Source: Pyrinomonadaceae bacterium
GTDB lineage: Bacteria > Acidobacteriota > Blastocatellia > Pyrinomonadales > Pyrinomonadaceae
NCBI GenBank assembly: GCA_044228165.1
Contig: JBGAVK010000009.1
Span: 2,998 to 66,997 of the forward strand
Direction of reading: 5' to 3'
Length of the DNA: 64,000 bases
The notes under the pieces: generated by a model
Database searches by the model: none
The model's input: the letters and a program-made list of their open reading frames with translations, nothing else
Told to the model about the DNA's origin: nothing
In this document: piece after piece, positions 57,908 to 64,000 of the stretch
Layout of the letters: the number at the start of each line of letters is the position of its first letter
How positions within the stretch are numbered: the first letter of the stretch is position 1
Program-made: the position numbers and the translations under genes

Positions 57908-59389
57908 TCAACGACCAAATGTTTCAGTCAGGTCTTTAAGTTTTTGCCAAACGTCTTTGGGGATGTCTGTGAGCCGCCATTCCCAATTGCCGCTGGCGGT
58001 CGCCGGAGTATTCATCCGCGAATTACTATCGAGACCGAGCAGGTCCTGCGCCGGGATTATCGCTGTGTCGGCGACCGAAGAGAGAGCAGCACGTATCAAG
58101 TCCCAATTGCTATTCTTTCCGGTTATCTTCAAATATTTGCGGCAATGTGTCTTTACATTTTTTGGAGCGGCAGCATACCAGCCGGCGATAGTGTCGTTGT
58201 CGTGAGTGCCGGTGTAGGCGACACAGTTTTGCGGATAATTGTGCGGCAGGTCGCGGTTGTAAGCATCCCCGCCAAACCCGTATTGCAGTATCCGCATTCC
58301 GGGAAAGCCAAATTCGTCCCGTAACTGCTCGACCTCCGGCGTCAGCGAACCGAGATCCTCGGCGATGACCGGCAAATGCCCTATGCGTGACCGTAGCATT
58401 GTGAAAAACTCGCGTCCAGGCACGTTTGTCCAAGCGCCGTTCTCGGCCGTTTTGTCGCCGCCGGGCACTTCCCAATTGCGGACAAATCCGATGAAATGAT
58501 CGAGCCTGACGGCGTCGGTCATTCGCAGTGCAAACGCGATTCGGGCAGTCCACCAGCCAAAATCGAGCAACCGCATCGCGTCCCAATCGTAGACCGGATT
58601 GCCCCAGAGCTGGCCCGTCTCGGAAAAATAATCGGGCGGCACACCGGCGACGACCTTTGGGCTGCCGTTGGGGTTGAGTTTGAAAAGCTCCTGATTGCAC
58701 CAGACATCCGCCGAATCGTGAGCGACAAATATCGGGATATCGCCGATGATACGCACGCCGCTCTCGCCCGCGTATTTTTTAATTGCGGCCCACTGGCGAA
58801 AGAAAAGAAACTGGCCAAATTTTTCGGCCTGTATTTCGCGGGCAAATTGCGAGCCGATGGTCGCGATCGCCCCTTTATCACGCCGACGCAACGGTTCTGC
58901 CCAGGCATTCCAAGCTGAGTCTTCATACGAGGATTTTACCGCTCGATAGATCGCGTAATCGTCAAGCCACCAGGCATTTTCACGGCAAAAGGCATCGTAT
59001 TCACCACGCAGAGGCGTATCGCCGATCGAACGAAACGCGGCAAATGCCTCAGCGAGCATTGCAGTTTTCCAGTTAATGACCTTGTCAAAATCGACACGTT
59101 CAGTGGGGAAAGCAGGGACAGAATCCACCGAGGCTCTTGATACTAAGCCATCATCCCTAAGGCGTTCCGGTGAGATGAGCAGAGTGTTTCCGGCAAATGC
59201 CGAATAGAGCGAATACGGCGAGTTTCCATGTCCGGTCGGCCCAAGCGGCAATATCTGCCAGTATGTTTGTCCTGCCGTTTTGAGAAGATCTACAAACTCA
59301 TAAGCCGCGACGCCAAGATCGCCGATGCCAAACGGCCCGGGCAGAGAAGTCGGGTGTAGTAATATGCCGCTGGCTCGGGGTGAACTCAT
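57908..59389 (-). CDS. malQ: 4-alpha-glucanotransferase (GH77 amylomaltase)
   Basis: 493 aa with N-terminus GILLHPTSLPGPFGIGDLG, DYFSETGQLWGNP and catalytic-region conservation. Confidence 0.93.
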   Translation of the reverse strand: MSSPRASGILLHPTSLPGPFGIGDLGVAAYEFVDLLKTAGQTYWQILPLGPTGHGNSPYSLYSAFAGNTLLISPERLRDDGLVSRASVDSVPAFPTERVDFDKVINWKTAMLAEAFAAFRSIGDTPLRGEYDAFCRENAWWLDDYAIYRAVKSSYEDSAWNAWAEPLRRRDKGAIATIGSQFAREIQAEKFGQFLFFRQWAAIKKYAGESGVRIIGDIPIFVAHDSADVWCNQELFKLNPNGSPKVVAGVPPDYFSETGQLWGNPVYDWDAMRLLDFGWWTARIAFALRMTDAVRLDHFIGFVRNWEVPGGDKTAENGAWTNVPGREFFTMLRSRIGHLPVIAEDLGSLTPEVEQLRDEFGFPGMRILQYGFGGDAYNRDLPHNYPQNCVAYTGTHDNDTIAGWYAAAPKNVKTHCRKYLKITGKNSNWDLIRAALSSVADTAIIPAQDLLGLDSNSRMNTPATASGNWEWRLTDIPKDVWQKLKDLTETFGR

Positions 59390-59464
59390 TATTTGTAATC
59401 TATATTATGCTTCTTTTATTGCGGAGCGGTAAAACTCGCGGTTTGGCGCTATCATTTTTCCTAT

Positions 59465-60719
59465 ATGGCCGATCTCATTATCCGCAGCCGACGTGTCGTG
59501 ACGCCGCTAGTTACCGGCGAAGCGTCGGTGCATATTGCCGAGGATAAGATCTTGTGCGTCCGTGAGTGGTCGGACGTTCCTGCGGGTGTCGAACTGATCG
59601 ATGCGGGAAACTCAGTCGTGATGCCGGGCAATGTCGATGCGCACGTTCACGTAAACGAACCGGGCCGCACCGAGTGGGAAGGCTTTGAAACGGCGACAAA
59701 AGCGGCCGCGGCCGGGGGCGTGACGACCATCGTCGATATGCCGCTCAATAGCATTCCGCCGACAACGACTCTTGCGGGATTCGAAGAAAAACTCGACGCC
59801 GCGGCAGGGAAATGCACGGTCGATGTTGCGTTTTGGGGCGGCGTCGTGCCGGGAAATACCGCGGAACTGGCACCGCTGGTCGAGCGGGGTGTTCGCGGAT
59901 TTAAGTGTTTCCTCATCCATTCCGGCGTCGACGAATTTCCGCATGTGACAGAATCAGATCTGCTTATCGCTATGCCTGAGATCGCGCGGCTTGGTTCCGT
60001 GCTGCTCGTTCACGCCGAGGTGCCGGGGCCGATCGATGCGGTTGCGGAGAGCTTGTTAGGCCTCGACCCCCGTGAATACGAAACCTTTCTAAGGTCGCGG
60101 CCGTCAGCCGCTGAAAACGAAGCGATAGCGATGATGATCGAGCTCGCTCGTGAGACCGGCTGTCGTACGCATATTGTTCACTTGTCTTCAGCCGAGGCTT
60201 TGCCGATGCTAAGGCAAGCAAAGGCGGACGGCGTGCCGATCACCGCCGAGACGTGCCCGCATTATCTGACCTTTGCCGCCGAAGAGGTGCCGGATGGGGC
60301 CACGCATTTCAAATGCTGTCCGCCGGTCCGCAAGCGTGAAAACCGTAAAAAGCTCTGGGAAGCACTTCGCGACGGAACCGTCGACATGGTCGTTTCAGAC
60401 CATTCGCCCTGCACGCCCGCGTTAAAATTGCAGGAAACAGGTGATTTTATGGACGCCTGGGGCGATGTTGGCGCAGCCCGCAAAACTCGCCGGACTCGAC
60501 GATCACAAAGGAAAGATTGCCGCAGGAAACGATGCCGATATCGTCATCTGGAACCCGGACGGACAATTCACCGTCGTTCCCGAAATTATCCAGCATCGGC
60601 ACAAACTGACACCTTATTCGGATATGGAACTATACGGTGTAGTCGAAAAGACCTTTGTCGGCGGCAAAAAGGTGTTCGACCGCGGCAGTTTTGTCTCAGG
60701 CGTGGCCGAATTGAAATAG
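59465..60719 (+). pseudogene. allB: allantoinase disrupted by an internal deletion and frameshift
   Basis: The N-terminal 333 aa are canonical (DAHVHVNEPGRTEWEG, FKCFL, VHAE, HIVHLS, SDHSP, DAWG). The conserved C-terminus (MLAQPAKLAGL...DADIVIWNP...RHKLTPY...) continues in another frame from 60465. About 30 aa of the canonical protein are missing between the two parts. Confidence 0.85.
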
Positions 60720-60724
60720 ACTCG

Positions 60725-61240
60725 ATGGACGATAAAAGTATAATGTTGAGACATTTTCTGGCGTCAATAGCCTATCGCACGCAAAAGGCTTTGCGTGACG
60801 CTCCGGCGGATTTCGGCTCGTTCGCTGCGGGTGACGGAGTTCGCACGCCTGCCGAGCTCGTACGGCACATGGCCAGCGTTTTGGGTTACGCAGGGACATT
60901 TTTTACCGGCGGCGAATATCGGCCAGAGCCGCTGCCTACGTTCGATGATGAGATCGAACGGCTGCATCGTAAGATCGCCGAGATCGCAGGGCATATCGAA
61001 GACGGTTCGCCATTTTTAGAGGGACTTACGCCCGAGCGATTGCTCCAAGGGCCGTTTTCAGATGCGATGACCCACGCCGGCCAACTCGCTATGCTGCGGC
61101 GATTAGCAGGTGAGCCTGTCGCACCTGAAAATTTTATTGTTGCCGATATCGATGCGACCCGTCTTGGCCGCGATCAGGCCCTGCCGGTAAGCCCGGACGA
61201 ATTTTGGCCCGAAGCTCCCCCGGGACGGCATCTTGAATAA
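60725..61240 (+). CDS. DinB-like helical-bundle protein
   Basis: 171 aa starting at ATG 60725 (MDDKSIMLRHFLASIAYRTQ...HAGQLAMLRRL). In the ORF track it is fused to the frameshifted allantoinase read-through. Confidence 0.55.
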   Translation: MDDKSIMLRHFLASIAYRTQKALRDAPADFGSFAAGDGVRTPAELVRHMASVLGYAGTFFTGGEYRPEPLPTFDDEIERLHRKIAEIAGHIEDGSPFLEGLTPERLLQGPFSDAMTHAGQLAMLRRLAGEPVAPENFIVADIDATRLGRDQALPVSPDEFWPEAPPGRHLE

Positions 61241-61247
61241 TCTATTT

Positions 61248-62219
61248 ATGGACTTTACTCAATTGATCGATCTTGCATCAGAAAAACTCGGCGGTGCCGT
61301 GCTTTTTGCCAACGACGATTTCTTTGCGCCAAAAGAAAACCTTATAAAGCCGGCGGCACCCGTCTGGAAAGAGGGGCTTTATACGGACGACGGTAAGTGG
61401 ATGGACGGTTGGGAATCACGCCGCCGCCGAAGTCCGCGTGAGAGTGAGGCGTTTGACTGGTGCGTGATCCGGCTGGGGATGCCCGGCGAAATAAAGGGCG
61501 TCGTTGTGGATACGGCGTATTTTAAGGGCAATTTTCCATCGCACTGCTCACTCGATGCGTGCACGGCGGACGGCCATCCGGATATCTCACAGCTTCTGAG
61601 CGACGCGACCCAGTGGCGTGAGATATTGCCGGTGTCAGAACTCGCGGGTGATGCGCAAAACAAATTTGAGATCACGCCGACGGGCCGCGTGACGCATTTG
61701 CGGTTTAAGATCTATCCGGATGGCGGTGTCGCCCGGCTGCGTGTTCACGGTCATGTTTTGCCGGACTGGGATGCTCTGCAAAAGCGAAACAGCGAGATCG
61801 ATCTGGCGGCGGCCGAAAATGGCGGCGACGTTATTTCAGCAAGCGATGAGTTTTTTGGCCACCGGCAAAACCTGATAATGCCGGGACTCGCTCACGATAT
61901 GAGCGACGGCTGGGAGACACGACGGAGGCGCGGCCCGGGGCATGACTGGTGCGTCGTTAAGCTCGGCGCGACGGGAACGATCACGCGAATCGAGGTCGAT
62001 ACGTCGTTTTTTCGAGGCAATTACCCCGAAAGCTGCACGCTCGAGGGCGGCGACGGCACTGCTTGGCGCGAGTTACTGCCCACGTCAAAATTACAGGCCC
62101 ACACGAAGCATACGTTCACGGACAAATTAGCCGATCTCGGCCCCATCACGCATGTCCGGTTTAACATCTCACCCGACGGCGGCGTAAGCCGGCTGCGGCT
62201 CTTTGGAAGGATCGCGTGA
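61248..62219 (+). CDS. alc: allantoicase
   Basis: Two allantoicase repeats with GWESRRRR and GWETRRRRG. Likely start ATG 61248. Confidence 0.9.
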   Translation: MDFTQLIDLASEKLGGAVLFANDDFFAPKENLIKPAAPVWKEGLYTDDGKWMDGWESRRRRSPRESEAFDWCVIRLGMPGEIKGVVVDTAYFKGNFPSHCSLDACTADGHPDISQLLSDATQWREILPVSELAGDAQNKFEITPTGRVTHLRFKIYPDGGVARLRVHGHVLPDWDALQKRNSEIDLAAAENGGDVISASDEFFGHRQNLIMPGLAHDMSDGWETRRRRGPGHDWCVVKLGATGTITRIEVDTSFFRGNYPESCTLEGGDGTAWRELLPTSKLQAHTKHTFTDKLADLGPITHVRFNISPDGGVSRLRLFGRIA

Positions 62220-62740
62220 CCTATAAGATCTATAAAAAACTGTCCGAGCTGAACGAATTACCTACTGCGGAGGCAGAGGCGGCATTTCTCGAATGCTGCG
62301 GTTCAACGGCATGGGCTCGGCGAATGGCCGAAGCACGGCCCTTCACAATGCTCGAAAACCTATTTATGAAGGCCGAAGATATCTGGTTTTCGCTCTCGAC
62401 GGCGGACCATCTCGAGGCATTTGCTGCCCACCCGCAGATCGGCTCAAAAAAAGCTGCCCCTAGCCAAGGCAGCCGAGCTGCAGCCTGGTCGGCGGGCGAG
62501 CAATCCGGTATGGCCGTGGCGGCTGATACCGTTCGAGACCAGCTCACAGAACTTAACCGCTTGTATCGGGATAAATTCGGGTTTATATTTATTGTCTGTG
62601 CTAGCGGGAAAACTCCGGATGAAATGCTTGCGATATGCAAAGCCAGGCTTGGCAATTCGGCTGAGACAGAGCTTCACATCGCGGCTGAAGAGCAGCGTAA
62701 AATCACTGAGATACGGCTAGGGAAACTACTTGAACAATGA
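62216..62740 (+). CDS. uraD: 2-oxo-4-hydroxy-4-carboxy-5-ureidoimidazoline (OHCU) decarboxylase
   Basis: 174 aa with CCGSTAWARRMAE and FAAHPQIG. The GTG start overlaps the allantoicase stop. Confidence 0.88.
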   Translation: MTYKIYKKLSELNELPTAEAEAAFLECCGSTAWARRMAEARPFTMLENLFMKAEDIWFSLSTADHLEAFAAHPQIGSKKAAPSQGSRAAAWSAGEQSGMAVAADTVRDQLTELNRLYRDKFGFIFIVCASGKTPDEMLAICKARLGNSAETELHIAAEEQRKITEIRLGKLLEQ

Positions 62741-63081
62741 GTGCGATAACAACCCACATACTTGATACAACTTCGGGCAAGCCGGGCGCCGGCATACCTG
62801 TTGTTCTCGAACGCAAGACCCACTCCGCCGGCTGGCAGGCAATTGCCGAGGGGATGACCGATGCCGACGGCCGTTTGAACGACCTGCTAAATCCGCGCGA
62901 AGCTTTTCTTCCGGGCCACTATCGTCTGATCTACGAGACCGGGCCGTACTTCTTGCTACAGAGCATCGAATGTTTTTTCCCGCAGATCTCGATAACCTTT
63001 GTTGTCAAAGACGCATTGCAGCATTATCACGTCCCGCTGCTGTTGAGCCCATTCGGGTATTCGACCTATCGAGGAAGCTAA
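62737..63081 (+). CDS. uraH: 5-hydroxyisourate hydrolase (transthyretin-like)
   Basis: HILDTTSGKPGAGIPV and the C-terminal signature YSTYRGS. ATGA overlap with uraD. Confidence 0.92.
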   Translation: MSAITTHILDTTSGKPGAGIPVVLERKTHSAGWQAIAEGMTDADGRLNDLLNPREAFLPGHYRLIYETGPYFLLQSIECFFPQISITFVVKDALQHYHVPLLLSPFGYSTYRGS

Positions 63082-63082
63082 T

Positions 63083-63928
63083 ATGAGCGTGCGTATCATC
63101 CACGATAATTACGGCAAATCTAGAGTGCGGCTGATGAAGGTCGAACGCAGCGGCGATACGCACCACCTGCAAAACATCAACGTCAAGATCGCTCTCGAAG
63201 GCGATTTCGATGCGATACACATCGACGGCGACAATTCTAACTGCCTGCCGACCGACACCATGAAAAACACCGTTTACGCGCTGGCCGCGCAGACGGACAA
63301 GATCGAAGAGATCGAGTGTTTTGGCCTAAGGCTTGCACGGCACTTTCTCGCAAATAATGAGCAGGTCTCGCGAGTCCTGATCGACATCATCGAGCATAAA
63401 TACACGCGAATTCCCGTTAACGGACAGTCGCACGAGCATTCATTTACCAAGAGCGGCGGCGAAAAACGCACCACTTCGATCCGTGCGACCCGCGAAAGTG
63501 AATCGGTCGAATCGGGACTCGAGGACCTGACAGTTATAAAAACCACAAAGTCCGGTTTTGCGGGCTTTAAGAAAGACGCATACACCTTTCTCCCCGAAAC
63601 GGACGACCGCATTTTCTGCACCTCGGTGAAAGCAAATTGGAAATACGCGAGCACAAAGGCCGCGACCGAAGATCTATGGAACGGCGTCCGCGCGACCATT
63701 CTCGAAACCTTTGCGACGCACGACAGCCTTTCCGTCCAGCAAACGCTCTACGCAATGGGCGAGGCGGTACTTGCTAAACACCCGGATGTGACCGAGATCG
63801 CTTTCTCGCTGCCTAATATCCACTGCCTGCCGGTCGATGTGACGCGTTTTGGCGAGGAAGAAAAACACGCGATCTTCCTGCCGACCGAGGAACCCCACGG
63901 CCTGATCGAGGCACGGATGTCCAGATAA
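63083..63928 (+). CDS. urate oxidase (cofactor-less, T-fold)
   Basis: 281 aa with N-terminus NYGKSRVRLMKVERSGDTHHLQNINVKIALEGDF. GAGGAAG precedes the ATG. Confidence 0.9.
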   Translation: MSVRIIHDNYGKSRVRLMKVERSGDTHHLQNINVKIALEGDFDAIHIDGDNSNCLPTDTMKNTVYALAAQTDKIEEIECFGLRLARHFLANNEQVSRVLIDIIEHKYTRIPVNGQSHEHSFTKSGGEKRTTSIRATRESESVESGLEDLTVIKTTKSGFAGFKKDAYTFLPETDDRIFCTSVKANWKYASTKAATEDLWNGVRATILETFATHDSLSVQQTLYAMGEAVLAKHPDVTEIAFSLPNIHCLPVDVTRFGEEEKHAIFLPTEEPHGLIEARMSR

Positions 63929-63935
63929 ACCCAAG

Positions 63936-64000
63936 ATGAATACAACCCTTTCTTCCGAGTCTTTGGAAAAGATCACCGCGCGGCTTCGCACGTCGATGAC
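63936..64000 (+). CDS. start of a further ORF (truncated by the window end)
   Basis: ATG 63936 lies 7 nt after the uricase stop (MNTTLSSESLEKITARLRTSM...). Function cannot be judged. Confidence 0.3.
   Translation, partial: MNTTLSSESLEKITARLRTSM

Noticed and set aside
59465-61240. 591-aa allantoinase-DinB fusion protein as given by the ORF track
   Set aside because: The middle 87 residues are Arg-rich out-of-frame read-through of the real allantoinase C-terminus, which is found in another frame at 60465-60719. The DinB-like part has its own ATG at 60725. I treat it as a pseudogene plus a separate gene.

Overview
This 64-kb chromosomal window is densely coding. I count about 60 protein genes and one tRNA. 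I saw no rRNA, no CRISPR array and no transposase or integrase. Gene content is mostly housekeeping. From left to right: the 3' end of riboflavin synthase; a type IV pilus motor operon (pilB, unknown gene, pilT, pilC); a PEGA/TPR protein; tRNA-CAU; a 1051-aa NorD/CbbO-like VWA protein followed 9 nt later by an ABC-F ATPase; an outer-membrane cluster (bamA, skp, fabZ, unknown gene, lpxA); clpC; pta; an LpxL-like acyltransferase; an acyl desaturase followed by an OmpR-type two-component system; an SGNH hydrolase coupled to an unknown protein with a nuclease-like domain; two paralogous lipoproteins; a PaaI thioesterase; an ABC exporter; an ECF sigma locus; lepB; carA; an H+-pyrophosphatase; a DUF853 ATPase; a block of BNR propeller, ubiquitin-like protein and propeller lipoprotein; an amidase; a NamZ-like protein; YegP; sdhCAB; malQ; and a urate-to-ureidoglycolate operon. 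Gene content and repeat types look Acidobacteriota-like, but that is inference only.

The most noteworthy observations are these:
1. A cytoplasmic BNR propeller, a MoaD/ThiS-type protein ending in Gly-Gly and a propeller lipoprotein sit together with no sulfur-carrier or E1 partner in the window.
2. An SGNH hydrolase is translationally coupled to a 497-aa protein with a PD-(D/E)xK-like C-terminal core.
3. A CTCTGCG-type palindromic repeat family has three copies abutting start codons and one copy inserted in frame inside the ABC exporter ATPase domain.
4. A perfect 24-bp inverted repeat fills the whole sdhA-sdhB spacer.
5. The VWA protein is paired with an ABC-F ATPase rather than the usual MoxR-type AAA+ ATPase.
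6. Two conserved genes, pilB and allantoinase, carry frame-disrupting lesions.

All calls come from reading the translated ORFs and the sequence by eye. No database search or folding program was run.
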